From an uncultured beta proteobacterium (GTDB lineage: Bacteria > Pseudomonadota > Gammaproteobacteria > Burkholderiales > SG8-39), in contig CAVQUV010000006.1 in NCBI GenBank assembly GCA_963716855.1, positions 39,342 through 103,341 of the forward strand: 64,000 nucleotides of DNA, in the 5' to 3' direction. The position numbers and the translations under genes are program-made. This document shows, piece by piece, positions 17,027-31,060 of this stretch (within the stretch, counting starts at the first letter, position 1; the number at the start of each line of letters is the position of its first letter). The notes beneath the pieces are model-generated. The model was not told where the DNA came from. It searched no databases and worked only from the letters and a program-made list of their open reading frames with translations.

Positions 17027-18331
17027 ATGCAGAGCAACCTTGAAGCGCTGGGCCAGCTGGAGCGCCGCCTCACGATGGCGGTACCGGTGGCCGATATCGA
17101 TAGGCAGGTCGACGAGCGGCTGAAGCAGCTCGCGCGGACGGTGCGCATGGCCGGCTTCCGGCCGGGCAAGGTGCCGCTCAAGCTCGTCGCGCAGCAGTAT
17201 GGCCCGCAGGTCCGCTCCGAGGTGATCGGCGACGCGGTCGAAAAGTCGTTCTCCGCCGCGGTGCGCGACCAGAACCTGCGCGTCGCGGGCTATCCGCGGA
17301 TCGAGCGCAAGGAGACGGGCGGCGATGAGCGCCTCGAGTTCAGCGCCACCTTCGAGGTCTACCCCGACGTGCAGCTGGGCGACGTCTCGAGCGTCAGCAT
17401 CGAGCGCCCGACGCTGACGGTGACGGACGCGGAGGTCGAGAAGACCATCGCGGTCCTGCGCAAGCAGCGGACCGGCTACGAGGCCACCGACCGTGCCGCG
17501 GCGAAGGGCGATCGCGCGACCGTCGACTTCACCGGCACCGTCGACGGGGTCGAGTTCGACGGCGGCAAGGCGACCGACTTCGCGTTCGTCCTGGGCGCGG
17601 GCCGGATGCTGCCCGATTTCGAGGCGGGCGTGACCGGCATGAAGCCGGGCGAGTCGAAGGTCTTCCCCGTGGCGTTCCCGGCCGACTACCAGGGCCAGGA
17701 CGTCGCCGGGAAGACGGCGAGTTTCACGGTCACCGTGAAGACGGTCGAAGCGCCGCGGCTACCGGAGGTCGATGCCGACTTCGCGCGCTCCCTGGGGATC
17801 GGGGACGGCGACCTCGGCAAGATGCGCGCCGAAGTGAAAGCCAATGTCGAGCGCGAGGTGAAGAAGCGCCTCGGTGGCGACCTCAAGAACCGGATCATGC
17901 AGGCGCTGCTCGACGCGGCGCGGCCCGAGTTGCCGAAGGCGCTGGTCGACATGGAAGTCCAGCGGGTCGTCGCCGGGGCCCGCGCCGACCTGCAGTCGCG
18001 CGGCCTGAAGATGGAGAGCATGCCGATCGATCCGCAGATCTTCGAGGACCAGGCGCGGCGCCGCGTGGCCCTCGGGCTGATCGTCGGCGAGCTGGTGAGG
18101 AAGCACGATCTCGCCGCCAAACCGCAGCAGGTACGCGCGCTCGTGGACGAGCATGCAGCGAGCTACGAGCAGCCCGGCGAGGTGGTGAAGTGGTACTATT
18201 CCCAGCCGGAGCGACTCGCGGAGTTCGAGGGTCTGGCTGTCGAACAAAACGTCGTCGACTGGGTGCTAAAGAACGCGAAGACTGTCGACAAGCCGGTCGC
18301 GTTCGATCAACTCATGGGCGAGACGACATGA
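17027..18331 (+). CDS. tig: trigger factor
   Basis: 434 aa from ATG 17027: [50 protein letters not shown]. Central FKBP domain. Followed by clpP-clpX-lon. Confidence 0.95.
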   Translation: MQSNLEALGQLERRLTMAVPVADIDRQVDERLKQLARTVRMAGFRPGKVPLKLVAQQYGPQVRSEVIGDAVEKSFSAAVRDQNLRVAGYPRIERKETGGDERLEFSATFEVYPDVQLGDVSSVSIERPTLTVTDAEVEKTIAVLRKQRTGYEATDRAAAKGDRATVDFTGTVDGVEFDGGKATDFAFVLGAGRMLPDFEAGVTGMKPGESKVFPVAFPADYQGQDVAGKTASFTVTVKTVEAPRLPEVDADFARSLGIGDGDLGKMRAEVKANVEREVKKRLGGDLKNRIMQALLDAARPELPKALVDMEVQRVVAGARADLQSRGLKMESMPIDPQIFEDQARRRVALGLIVGELVRKHDLAAKPQQVRALVDEHAASYEQPGEVVKWYYSQPERLAEFEGLAVEQNVVDWVLKNAKTVDKPVAFDQLMGETT

Positions 18332-19008
18332 CGCGCAGGACCTGGCTCCCCGCAACGGGGACGAGCGACCCGCAGGAATACCACCAGCGGGCAGTCGAGC
18401 CGCAAGGACTCGGGCTCATCCCAATGGTGATCGAGCAGAGCGGCCGGGGCGAGCGCGCCTACGACATCTACTCGCGCCTGCTCAAGGAACGCGTCGTCTT
18501 CCTGGTCGGGCCCGTCAACGAGATTTCGGCCAACCTGATCGTTGCGCAGCTCCTGTTCCTCGAGTCCGAGAATCCGGACAAGGACATCTCCTTCTACATC
18601 AACTCGCCCGGCGGCTCGGTGTCGGCCGGACTCGCGATCTACGACACGATGCAGTTCATCAAGCCCGACGTGTCGACGCTTTGCATCGGCCAGGCCGCCA
18701 GCATGGGCGCGCTCCTGCTGTGTGCCGGCTCGAAGGGCAAGCGGTTCTGCCTGCCGAACTCGCGCGTGATGATCCATCAGCCCATGGGCGGCTTCCAGGG
18801 CCAGGCCTCGGACATCGAGATCCACGCGAAGGAGATCCTGTACCTGCGCGGCAAGCTGAACGAGATCATGGCAAAGCACACGGGCAAGACGGTCGACCAG
18901 ATCGGCCGGGACACCGATCGGGACAATTTCCTATCTGGCGACGAGGCCATGCAGTATGGTCTGGTGGATCGGATTCTGACCTCGCGCACCGAGGCGACGG
19001 CGGGCTGA
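18328..19008 (+). CDS. clpP: ATP-dependent Clp protease proteolytic subunit
   Basis: ATG 18328 overlaps the tig stop (ATGA). ...[27 protein letters not shown]..., active-site GQAASMGA and MIHQP. The start is somewhat uncertain. Confidence 0.9.
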   Translation: MTRRTWLPATGTSDPQEYHQRAVEPQGLGLIPMVIEQSGRGERAYDIYSRLLKERVVFLVGPVNEISANLIVAQLLFLESENPDKDISFYINSPGGSVSAGLAIYDTMQFIKPDVSTLCIGQAASMGALLLCAGSKGKRFCLPNSRVMIHQPMGGFQGQASDIEIHAKEILYLRGKLNEIMAKHTGKTVDQIGRDTDRDNFLSGDEAMQYGLVDRILTSRTEATAG

Positions 19009-19018
19009 GAGGGCATAA

Positions 19019-20293
<1,275 letters not shown>

Positions 20294-20338
20294 TCCCTGC
20301 TGTCGCCCGGGCGACCCGCCGCGTGCCCGACCGTTGCG

Positions 20339-20366
20339 CTTGATTTCGGGGCGCGTCGCCCCAACA
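20339..20366 (+). promoter_or_regulatory. sigma-32-like heat-shock promoter upstream of lon
   Basis: CTTGATT - 13 nt - CCCCAACA compared with the consensus CTTGAAA-N13-15-CCCCATNT. Lies 23 nt upstream of the lon ATG region, with AGGAG before the ATG. Confidence 0.45.
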
Positions 20367-20388
20367 CTCCGTTGTCAGGAGTAATGCC

Positions 20389-22816
<2,428 letters not shown>

Positions 22817-22864
22817 CGCGCGGAGGCGCCGGCGTCGTCCGGCGCGATCCTGCGCGGCGTAGCC

Positions 22865-22894
22865 TTGACTTCGGCGGCAGCGCGTTGCTATAAA
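22865..22894 (+). promoter_or_regulatory. sigma-70-like promoter for hupB
   Basis: TTGACT (22865-22870), 18-nt spacer, TATAAA (22889-22894), about 78 nt upstream of the hupB start. Confidence 0.45.
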
Positions 22895-22971
22895 GAACCT
22901 CTTCGCAGCACGGCGCTCGGCACGCACGCCAACGCCTTCCATTCGCATACCGGTTCTTGCAAGGGGGATCC

Positions 22972-23244
22972 GTGAACAAAAGCGACATGATCGAGCAGAT
23001 CGCCAAGTCCGCCGACATCTCCAAGGCGGCCGCCGAGCGCGCGCTGGACGCCGCAGTCGCGAGCATCAAGGCGGCGCTGCGGAAAGGCGCGCCCGTGACG
23101 CTGGTGGGCTTCGGAACTTTCTACGTCGGCAAGCGCGCCGCACGCACCGGCCGCGATCCGCGCACCCAGGCGGAAATCAAGATCACGGCGGCGCGCGTAC
23201 CCAAGTTCCGCCCTGGTAAGGCACTCAAGGATGCGTTAAACTGA
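22972..23244 (+). CDS. hupB: DNA-binding protein HU-beta
   Basis: GTG 22972 preceded by AAGGGGGA. 90 aa: [29 protein letters not shown]...[45 protein letters not shown]. Located after lon, as in many proteobacteria. Confidence 0.9.
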   Translation: MNKSDMIEQIAKSADISKAAAERALDAAVASIKAALRKGAPVTLVGFGTFYVGKRAARTGRDPRTQAEIKITAARVPKFRPGKALKDALN

Positions 23245-23303
23245 CGCCCCTTTCCAGGATGGGCGCCCGAGTTGCCGTGGTACGGGCGCGAGGTTCGCGG
23301 GAA

Positions 23304-23379
23304 GGGTGCTTAGCTCAGCTGGTAGAGCGTCGCCCTTACAAGGCGAATGTCGGGAGTTCGAGCCTCTCAGCACCCACCA
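23304..23379 (+). tRNA. tRNA-Val (anticodon TAC)
   Basis: Acceptor gggtgct/agcaccc, anticodon stem tcgcc/ggcga with loop ctTACaa, T-arm gggagttcgagcctc, encoded CCA. Confidence 0.95.
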
Positions 23380-23398
23380 GGCTCGATGAGCGAGTAAG

Positions 23399-23475
23399 GG
23401 AGTGGTAGTTCAGCTGGTTAGAATACCGGCCTGTCACGCCGGGGGTCGCGGGTTCGAGTCCCGTCCACTCCGCCA
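23399..23475 (+). tRNA. tRNA-Asp (anticodon GTC)
   Basis: Acceptor ggagtgg/ccactcc, anticodon stem ccggc/gccgg with loop ctGTCac, T-arm cgggttcgagtcccg, encoded CCA. Confidence 0.95.
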
Positions 23476-23486
23476 ACAGCTTTGAG

Positions 23487-23516
23487 AAAAGGCGAACCCC
23501 GGTTCGCCTTTTCCAT
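23487..23516 (+). terminator. rho-independent terminator after the tRNA pair
   Basis: aaaaggcgaac-cccg-gttcgcctttt hairpin followed by a T-rich tail (ttccattt). Confidence 0.6.
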
Positions 23517-23561
23517 TTGTGACAGCCCGGATTGAGCGCGGCACGCCGAGGGAGAGCATCG

Positions 23562-25463
23562 ATGTTCGATTTCGTATCGCGGCACAAACGGCTGATGCAG
23601 ATCTTCCTCGCGATCGTGATCGTCCCCACGTTCGCGTTCTTCGGGATCCAGTCCTACGATCGCATCTTCTCCGCCGGCGATGCCGTGGCGGAGGTCGCCG
23701 GCCAGAAGATCTCGGTGCCGGAGTTCAACCGCGCGCTCGATCAGCAGCGCGACACGTTGCGCGGAATGCTCGGCAAGGCGTACGACCCGGCGCTGCTCGA
23801 CTCGCCGCAGGCGCGCAAGGAACTCCTCGAAGGACTGATCGGCCAGCGCGCAGTGCTGACCTATGCCCAGCGCAGCCGGCTGATGGTGCCCGACGAGCTG
23901 CTCCAGGCCGCGATCGGCGCCGAGCCGGTGTTTCAGGAGGATGGCAAGTTCTCCCGCGCCCGGTACCAGGCGCTGCTGCGCGGCCAGAACATGTCCGAGC
24001 CGCAGTTCGAGGCCCAGATGCGCGCCGACATACTTTTGCGGCAGCTGGGAAGCGGGCTGGTCGAGTCGGGCTTCACCTCCAAGAGCGTGGCCCAGCGACT
24101 GATCGAGACACGCACGCAGTCGCGCGAGATCTCGGAGCTCGTGTTTCCCACCGTCCAGTACGCCGGACAGGTGAAGCTCGGCCCCGCGGCGGTGGAGGCC
24201 TACTACAAGGCGAACCCCAAGCTGTTCGAGTCCCCGGAGCAGGTCCGGGCGGAGTACGTGGTGCTGTCGCCGGACGCGCTCGTCGCCGCCGAGACCGTTT
24301 CGCCCGACGAGGTGCGGAAGTGGTACGACGCGAACGTCGCGCCGCGTGCCGGCCAGCGCGCCGAGGCGCGCAGCAAGATCGAGGCGATCGCCGCGGAGCT
24401 GCGCAAGGATCCGGCGCGGTTCGCCGACCTCGCCAAGACGAGCTCCCAGGACCCCGGCTCGGCGCAGCAGGGCGGCGATCTCGGGTGGTTCGGCCGCGGC
24501 GCAATGGTGAAGCCGTTCGACGAGGCGGCCTTCAAGCTGAAGAACGGCGAGACCAGCCCGATCGTCGAGACCGAGTTCGGGTTCCACATCATCCGCGTCA
24601 CGGGGATCCGCAAGCCCGGACAGGACGGCGCGAAGACCGAAGAGCGCCGCGCGAGCCACATCCTCGTCGCCGCGCCGAAAGCGGAGAAGGACTTCGCCTC
24701 GGCCCGTCCCGAGATCGAAGCCGAGCTGAAGCGCAGCCGCGTGTCGAAGCGCTTCGTGGAGCTGGCCGAGGCGTTCAGCAACCTCGCCTACGAGCAGCCC
24801 GACAGCCTCCAGCCGCTCGCCGACAGGTACAAGCTCAAGATCGAGACTTCCGGCTGGATCACGCGCCAGGCCGCGCCGCCTCCGCTCGACAACCCGAAGC
24901 TCCTCGCGGCGCTCTACGGCGAGGAGGCGATCAAGAACAAGCGCAACACCGAAGCGGTCGAGACCGCGTCGAACCGCATCGTCGTGGCGCGGGTGCTGGA
25001 GCACCGGCCGGCCACCGTGCGTCCGCTGGATCAGGTGCGGGCCGACATCGCCAGGAAGCTGACCGAGGACGAGGCGCTGAAGCTCGCCCGCGCCGCGGGC
25101 GAGGCGCGGCTCGCCGAGCTCCAGGCCGGGAAATCACCGGCGGTCGGCTGGGGCCAGCCGCGCACGGTGAGTCGCGAGGCGGCAGGCGGGCTGGAGCCCC
25201 GCGCGATCGGTCCGGTCTTTCGCGCCGATGCGGCGAAGCTCCCGACCTACGTCGGCGTCGATCTCCCCCCCGCGGGCTACACGATTTACCGGATCGGCAA
25301 GGTGGCGGACGCAGGCGCCGCGGACCCGGCGAAGCTGCGCGCGGCGGAGGCGTCGCTCGCGCGGCAGGAATCGAGAATGGCCTACCAGGCGTTCCTGAGC
25401 GGGCTCAAGGCGCGTTCCGACGTCACGATCAACGAGGCGAACCTCGTGAGGAAGGATCGCTGA
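23562..25463 (+). CDS. ppiD: periplasmic chaperone / peptidyl-prolyl isomerase PpiD (SurA-like)
   Basis: 633 aa from ATG 23562, with SD GAGGGAGAG. N-terminal anchor [18 protein letters not shown]. Parvulin core [21 protein letters not shown]...FGFHIIRV. Confidence 0.85.
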   Translation: MFDFVSRHKRLMQIFLAIVIVPTFAFFGIQSYDRIFSAGDAVAEVAGQKISVPEFNRALDQQRDTLRGMLGKAYDPALLDSPQARKELLEGLIGQRAVLTYAQRSRLMVPDELLQAAIGAEPVFQEDGKFSRARYQALLRGQNMSEPQFEAQMRADILLRQLGSGLVESGFTSKSVAQRLIETRTQSREISELVFPTVQYAGQVKLGPAAVEAYYKANPKLFESPEQVRAEYVVLSPDALVAAETVSPDEVRKWYDANVAPRAGQRAEARSKIEAIAAELRKDPARFADLAKTSSQDPGSAQQGGDLGWFGRGAMVKPFDEAAFKLKNGETSPIVETEFGFHIIRVTGIRKPGQDGAKTEERRASHILVAAPKAEKDFASARPEIEAELKRSRVSKRFVELAEAFSNLAYEQPDSLQPLADRYKLKIETSGWITRQAAPPPLDNPKLLAALYGEEAIKNKRNTEAVETASNRIVVARVLEHRPATVRPLDQVRADIARKLTEDEALKLARAAGEARLAELQAGKSPAVGWGQPRTVSREAAGGLEPRAIGPVFRADAAKLPTYVGVDLPPAGYTIYRIGKVADAGAADPAKLRAAEASLARQESRMAYQAFLSGLKARSDVTINEANLVRKDR

Positions 25464-25484
25464 GCCGGACCGCGCACCGGCCCG

Positions 25485-26282
25485 TCACTCCGACGTGCCG
25501 GCTTCGAGCCCGCCGAAGATCACGTTGAACCCGCCATCGACGTAGGTGATCTCGCCGGTCATGCCGGCGGCCAGGTCGGAGAGCAGGAATGCGGCGACGT
25601 TACCCACGTCGTCGATCGTCACGTTGCGGCGCAGCGGCGCGTGCGCTTCCACGAACTTCAGGATCTTGCCGAAGCTCGCGATCCCGCTCGCCGCGAGCGT
25701 CTTGATCGGACCGGCAGAGATCGCGTTGACCCGCACCCCCTTCGGGCCGAGGTTCGCCGCGAGGTAGCGCACCGCCGCCTCCAAGCTGGCTTTCGCGAGC
25801 CCCATGGTGTTGTAGTGCGGCACGACGCGCTCGGCGCCCAGGTAGGTCAGCGTCACCATTGCGCCCGCGCGGCCGGCCATCATCGGCAGCGCCGCCTTGG
25901 CGAGCGCCGGGAAGCTGTAGCTCGACACGTCGTGGGCGATGCGGAACGCCTCGCGCGAAAGCCCTTCGAGGAAGTCTCCCGCGATCGCCTCGCGCGGCGC
26001 GAACGCGATCGCGTGCACCAGCCCGTCGAGGCCGTCCCAGCGGTCGCGCAGGGCGGCGAAAGCGCGCTCGATCTCCGCGTCGCTCGACACGTCGCACGGT
26101 ACCGCGATGTCGCTGCCGAGCTCCGCCGCCAGGTCGGTCACGCGCTCCTTGAACCGCTCGTTCTGGTAGGTGAACGCGAGCTGCGCACCCTGCGCGCGGC
26201 AGGCGCGCGCGATCCCGTAGGCGATGGAGCGGTTGCTGAGCAGTCCGGTGACGAGAATGCGCTTGTTGTCGAGAATGCCCAT
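25485..26282 (-). CDS. fabI: enoyl-ACP reductase FabI (NADH)
   Basis: 265 aa. [25 protein letters not shown]..., ...[16 protein letters not shown]... typical FabI. Confidence 0.95.
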   Translation of the reverse strand: MGILDNKRILVTGLLSNRSIAYGIARACRAQGAQLAFTYQNERFKERVTDLAAELGSDIAVPCDVSSDAEIERAFAALRDRWDGLDGLVHAIAFAPREAIAGDFLEGLSREAFRIAHDVSSYSFPALAKAALPMMAGRAGAMVTLTYLGAERVVPHYNTMGLAKASLEAAVRYLAANLGPKGVRVNAISAGPIKTLAASGIASFGKILKFVEAHAPLRRNVTIDDVGNVAAFLLSDLAAGMTGEITYVDGGFNVIFGGLEAGTSE

Positions 26283-26446
26283 GACCGCCCCGTGAAGAGA
26301 GCCCCGATTATAGGGGAACGCTTAGAGCGTCTGACAGAATGACCGTCAGGCGCCTGTGTTAGGGGAGAACGAGGGGAAGTATTCCCTCATGCGTTAGGTG
26401 GAGGACGCGGTGACGGGCCCTGAGTGGTCGGCTACACTGCCGCGCC

Positions 26447-28645
26447 ATGACCGCCCGCAGGATCGCCGCCGCTCTCCTCGCGGCCATTGCCCTCGCGGGC
26501 TGCGGCAGCGAGTGGAACGATCCGTACCCCGCGTCGGACCGCGGCAAGAACTTCCTCTACAGCTCGTTCATCGACCGGCCCAAGACGCTCGATCCCGCGC
26601 GTTCGTACACCTCAGATGAGTGGGGCTTCATCCAGCAGATCTACGAGTCGCCGCTGCAGTATCACTACCTGAAGCGGCCCTACGAGTTGATCCCGCAGGC
26701 GGCGCTCGAGATGCCGAAGGTGCGTCTCCTGGACGCCACGGGTCGCGAACTGCCCGCGGACGCGGCCGCCGCCGAGGTCGCTTTCAGCGAGTACGAGATC
26801 CGGATCCGGCCCGGCATCATGTACCAGCCGCACCCGGCGTTGGCGACCGACGCGGCGGGCAAGCCGCTCTACCTCGACCTTCCGGAGCACGAGATCAAGC
26901 GCAAGTTCACGCTCGCGGATTTTCCGCAGACCGGCACGCGCGAGCTCGTCGCCGAAGACTATCTGTACCAGATCAAGCGGCTCGCGCACCCGCGCGTGAA
27001 CTCGCCGATCTTCGGTCATATCAGCGAGTACGTCGTCGGCCTGAAGGACCTGTCGGACGCGCTCAAGGCCGAGAACCAGCGCCTGCTCAAGGCGCACGAG
27101 ACCGAGTTCGGCAAGGCCGACAAGGGCCTGCCGTGGATCGATCTGCGCAAGTTTCCGCTCGCCGGCGTGGAGATCGTCGACCGCCACACCTACCGCGTGC
27201 GGCTCAAGGGTCTGTACCCGCAGTTCGTGTATTGGCTCGCGATGCCGTTCTTCGCGCCGGTGCCGGTCGAAGCCGACCGCTTCTACAGCCAGCGCGGCAT
27301 GAACGACGGGCGGAACCTGACGCTCGACTGGTGGCCGATCGGGACCGGGCCGTACATGCTGACCGAGAACAACCCGAATGCCCGGATGGTGCTCGCGCGC
27401 AACCCGCACTTCCGCGGCGAGCCGTATCCGTCCGAGGGGGCGCCCGGCGACCGCGAGGCCGGCCTGCTGGCGGACGCGGGCAAGGCCGCGCCGTTCATCG
27501 ATCGGGTCGTCTACACGCGCGAGAAGGAAGGCATTCCCTACTGGAACAAGTTCATGCAGGGCTATTACGACCAGTCGGGAATCAGCTCGGACAACTTTGA
27601 CCAGGCGGTGCGCATCGACCTCGAGGGCGAAGCGAGCCTGACCCCCGAGATGGAGGAACGCGGCATCGGCCTGCGCACTTCGGTGGGGACGAGCACGTTC
27701 TATCTCGCCTTCAACTTCCTCGATCCGGTGGTGGGCGGGCTCTCCGAGCGTGCGCGCAAGCTCCGCCAGGCGATCTCGATCGCGGTCGACTGGGAGGAGT
27801 TCATCTCGATCTTCCAGAACGGGCGCGGCATCCCGGGGATGGGCCCGATCCCGCCCGGCATCTTCGGATACCTCGAGGGCGAGGCGGGCGTGAATCCGAT
27901 CGTGTACGACTGGGTGGACGGCGGTCCGAAGCGCAAGGCGATCGAGACCGCGAAAAAACTGCTCGCGCAGGCCGGTTATCCCGACGGGCGCGACGCCGCC
28001 AGCGGACAGCCGCTGGTGCTGTATCTCGATACGGTGCAGCGCGGCCCCGGCGACAAGGCGCGGCTCGACTGGTACCGCCGCCAGTTCCAGAAGTTGAACA
28101 TCCAGCTCGAGTTGCGCACCAGCGACTGGAACCGGTTCCAGGAAAAGGTCCGCGCGGGCAACACGCAGCTCTTCTTCCTCGGCTGGAACGCCGACTACCC
28201 GGACCCGGAGAACTTCCTCTTCCTGCTGAACGGCCCGCAGTCGCGCGCGAAGACCGGCGGCGAGAACACCGCGAACTACCAGAACCCGGAGTACGACCGT
28301 CTGTTCGAGCGCATGAAGAACATGCCGAACGGCCCCGCGCGCCAGGCGATCATCGACCAGATGGTGCGCATCGCGCGCGACGACGCGCCGTGGGTGTGGG
28401 GGTATCACCCGAAGGACTACGGCCTCTCCCATGTCTGGCTGAAGAACGTGAAGCCGAACCAGATGGCGCGCAACGGCCTGAAGTTCTATCGCCTCGACGT
28501 GCCGCTGCGCGAGTCCGACCGCGCGGCGTGGAACACGCCCGATCTCTGGCCGATCGGTCTCGGGCTGCTCGCGCTCGTGGCGGCTGCGGTTCCCGCCGTC
28601 GTCGCGTACAGGCGGCGCGAACGCGCCGCCGCGCGGCCGGCGTAG
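26447..28645 (+). CDS. ABC transporter substrate-binding protein, family 5 (peptide/YejA-like), lipoprotein with an extra C-terminal TM anchor
   Basis: 732 aa. Lipobox LAGC near the N-terminus and a family-5 SBP body. Last 40 aa: LWPIGLGLLALVAAAVPAVVAYRRRERAAARPA. Confidence 0.85.
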   Translation: MTARRIAAALLAAIALAGCGSEWNDPYPASDRGKNFLYSSFIDRPKTLDPARSYTSDEWGFIQQIYESPLQYHYLKRPYELIPQAALEMPKVRLLDATGRELPADAAAAEVAFSEYEIRIRPGIMYQPHPALATDAAGKPLYLDLPEHEIKRKFTLADFPQTGTRELVAEDYLYQIKRLAHPRVNSPIFGHISEYVVGLKDLSDALKAENQRLLKAHETEFGKADKGLPWIDLRKFPLAGVEIVDRHTYRVRLKGLYPQFVYWLAMPFFAPVPVEADRFYSQRGMNDGRNLTLDWWPIGTGPYMLTENNPNARMVLARNPHFRGEPYPSEGAPGDREAGLLADAGKAAPFIDRVVYTREKEGIPYWNKFMQGYYDQSGISSDNFDQAVRIDLEGEASLTPEMEERGIGLRTSVGTSTFYLAFNFLDPVVGGLSERARKLRQAISIAVDWEEFISIFQNGRGIPGMGPIPPGIFGYLEGEAGVNPIVYDWVDGGPKRKAIETAKKLLAQAGYPDGRDAASGQPLVLYLDTVQRGPGDKARLDWYRRQFQKLNIQLELRTSDWNRFQEKVRAGNTQLFFLGWNADYPDPENFLFLLNGPQSRAKTGGENTANYQNPEYDRLFERMKNMPNGPARQAIIDQMVRIARDDAPWVWGYHPKDYGLSHVWLKNVKPNQMARNGLKFYRLDVPLRESDRAAWNTPDLWPIGLGLLALVAAAVPAVVAYRRRERAAARPA

Positions 28646-28649
28646 CCCA

Positions 28650-29627
28650 GTGCTCGCGTACATCGTCCGGCGGTTCCTCTACGCGATCCCGATCCTCATC
28701 GGGGTCAATCTCCTCACGTTCGGCCTGTTCTTCGTGGTGAATACGCCCGACGACATGGCGCGCATGCAGCTCGGCGCGAAGCGCGTGACGCCCGATGCGA
28801 TCGAGAAATGGAAGGCCGAGCGCGGCTACGACCGGCCGCTGCTCTGGAACGACGCGAAGGGGGGCGCGAGCCGGCTCACCGACACGATCTTCTTCGAAAA
28901 GTCGGCGAAGCTCTTCGCGTTCGATTTCGGCAACGCCGATGACGGCCGCAGCATCGGCCACGAGATCCGGACCCGGATGTGGCCGAGCCTCGCGCTCGCG
29001 ATTCCGTCGTTCCTGGTCGGGCTGGCCGTGTACGTCTCGTTCGCCCTCATGCTCGCGTTCTTCCGCGCGACGTATCTCGACTTCTGGGGCGTGGTGCTGT
29101 GCGTGGCGATGATGTCGATCTCGGCGCTCTTCTACATCATCGGCGGGCAATACCTGATCAGCAAGCTCTGGAGCCTGGTGCCGATCTCCGGGTACCAGCC
29201 GGGCCCCGACGCCGTGAAGTTCCTCGTTCTGCCGGTCCTGATCGCGCTGGTCGCGGGCGTCGGCGCCGAGGTACGGCTGTTCCGGACGTTCTTCCTCGAG
29301 GAGATGGGCAAGGACTACGTGCGGACCGCGCGCGCGAAAGGCCTCGCGGAGACGGCGGTGCTGTTCGGACATGTCCTCAAGAACGGCTCGATCCCGATCC
29401 TCACCGGCGTGGTGGCGGCGATCCCGAAGCTCTTCCTCGGCAGCCTGCTCGCGGAGTCCTTCTTCGGCATACCCGGCCTGGGCAGCTACACGATCGATGC
29501 GATTCAGTCGCAGGACTTCGCGGTGGTGCGCTCGATGGTGTTCCTCGGCTCGGCGCTCACCATCCTCGGCTACCTGCTGGCCGACATCTCCTACACGCTG
29601 GTCGACCCGCGGGTGAGGTTCGAGTGA
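28650..29627 (+). CDS. ABC transporter permease (DppB/OppB/YejB-like)
   Basis: 325 aa from a GTG start. MLAYIVRRFLYAIPILIGVNLLTF... and the EAA-type loop DYVRTARAKGL. Confidence 0.9.
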   Translation: MLAYIVRRFLYAIPILIGVNLLTFGLFFVVNTPDDMARMQLGAKRVTPDAIEKWKAERGYDRPLLWNDAKGGASRLTDTIFFEKSAKLFAFDFGNADDGRSIGHEIRTRMWPSLALAIPSFLVGLAVYVSFALMLAFFRATYLDFWGVVLCVAMMSISALFYIIGGQYLISKLWSLVPISGYQPGPDAVKFLVLPVLIALVAGVGAEVRLFRTFFLEEMGKDYVRTARAKGLAETAVLFGHVLKNGSIPILTGVVAAIPKLFLGSLLAESFFGIPGLGSYTIDAIQSQDFAVVRSMVFLGSALTILGYLLADISYTLVDPRVRFE

Positions 29628-31060
29628 TGCCGGTCGTCCTGTGGACCGACGGACCGGTCTGGCTGCTCGTGGCGGTCACGATCGGATACTTCGCCTACGT
29701 CCGGCGCCACGAGCATCTCGCCGCGCCTTGGCGGCGGGTCGCGCGCAGCGCGCCCGGCATGATGGCGCTCGTCGTGCTGCTCGCGTTCGTCCTCGTGGGG
29801 CTGCTCGACTCGCTGCATTTCCGGCCGCGGCTCGAGGGCAAGGACCAGAAGGGCGGCACGGTGCATGCAGTCGAGGTGTTGAGCCTGCTCGATGTGCTCG
29901 TCATGCCCCTCAAGACGCAGACCGAGCGGACCTACTCGGCGCCGCTCGCCACCCGGGCGTACGCGAAAGAGACGATCGAACTGGCCGGAGGAGGCGTAGC
30001 ACGGGAGTTCCCGCGCTTGCGTTACGGCGGTGCGCACCTGAAGGACGAGGCGGATCACGTGCGCGACGTCTTCGTCACGGCGCTTCAGGGGGGCGCGCTT
30101 GCGTTCGCGGCCTGGTGCCTTGCGGCGTGGCTCGCCACCGCCCGGCTCGCGCGCCGCCGGCACGCATCGCTGTCCGCGACGTGGGCGGCCATTCGCCGCC
30201 GGCGGACCGAGGCGCCCTGGCTCGCGATCCTCCTGACCGTGCTGGCGCTCCTGCTCGTCGCGGTGCCCGCCGCGCTGCTTTCGGCCAAGTACCACGTCCT
30301 CGGTACCGACAAGGTGGGCCAGGACGTCCTCTATCTCTCGCTCAAGAGTATCCGCACCGCGCTCGTGATCGGCACTCTCACCACGCTCGTCACGCTGCCG
30401 TTTGCCGTGCTGCTCGGCATCATGGCGGGATACTTCAAGGGCTGGATCGACGACGTGATCCAGTATCTCTACACCACGCTCAACTCGATCCCCGGCGTCC
30501 TCCTGATCGCCGCGGCGGTGCTGATCATGCAGGTGTACATCGACAAGAATCCGGAGCTCTTCCCGACCGCGGCGCAACGCGCGGATTCACGTCTCCTGCT
30601 GCTCTGCCTGATTCTCGGCGCCACGACCTGGACCGGGCTCGCGCGCCTCCTGCGCGGCGAATCGCTCAAGCTGCGCGAACTCGAGTACATCCAGGCGGCG
30701 CACGCGTTCGGCGTGCGCCACGGCCGGGTGATCACGCGCCACATCCTGCCGAACGTGATGCACATCGTGCTGATCGCGCTCGTGATGGACTTCAGCGGGC
30801 TCGTGCTCGCCGAGGCGGTGCTGTCGTACGTCGGCGTCGGCGTCGATCCGTCGACGAACAGCTTTGGCACGATGATCAATGCCGCGCGCCTCGAGATGGC
30901 GCGGGACCCGATGGTCTGGTGGACGCTCGCGGCGGCGTTCGCGTTCATGTTCGTGCTCGTTCTCGCCGCGAACCTGTTCGCCGACGCGGTGCGCGATGCA
31001 TTCGATCCGCGCGTTCGCGTGGGCCACGCGCCCGCGCTCGACCCCGGCGGGGCCGCGTGA
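29627..31060 (+). CDS. ABC transporter permease (DppC/OppC/YejE-like) with ~200-aa N-terminal extension
   Basis: ATG 29627 overlaps the upstream TGA. 477 aa. The C-terminal half is a BPD-type permease (YIQAAHAFGVRHGRVITRHILPN). The N-terminal half has extra TM segments and a large loop. Confidence 0.9.
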   Translation: MPVVLWTDGPVWLLVAVTIGYFAYVRRHEHLAAPWRRVARSAPGMMALVVLLAFVLVGLLDSLHFRPRLEGKDQKGGTVHAVEVLSLLDVLVMPLKTQTERTYSAPLATRAYAKETIELAGGGVAREFPRLRYGGAHLKDEADHVRDVFVTALQGGALAFAAWCLAAWLATARLARRRHASLSATWAAIRRRRTEAPWLAILLTVLALLLVAVPAALLSAKYHVLGTDKVGQDVLYLSLKSIRTALVIGTLTTLVTLPFAVLLGIMAGYFKGWIDDVIQYLYTTLNSIPGVLLIAAAVLIMQVYIDKNPELFPTAAQRADSRLLLLCLILGATTWTGLARLLRGESLKLRELEYIQAAHAFGVRHGRVITRHILPNVMHIVLIALVMDFSGLVLAEAVLSYVGVGVDPSTNSFGTMINAARLEMARDPMVWWTLAAAFAFMFVLVLAANLFADAVRDAFDPRVRVGHAPALDPGGAA

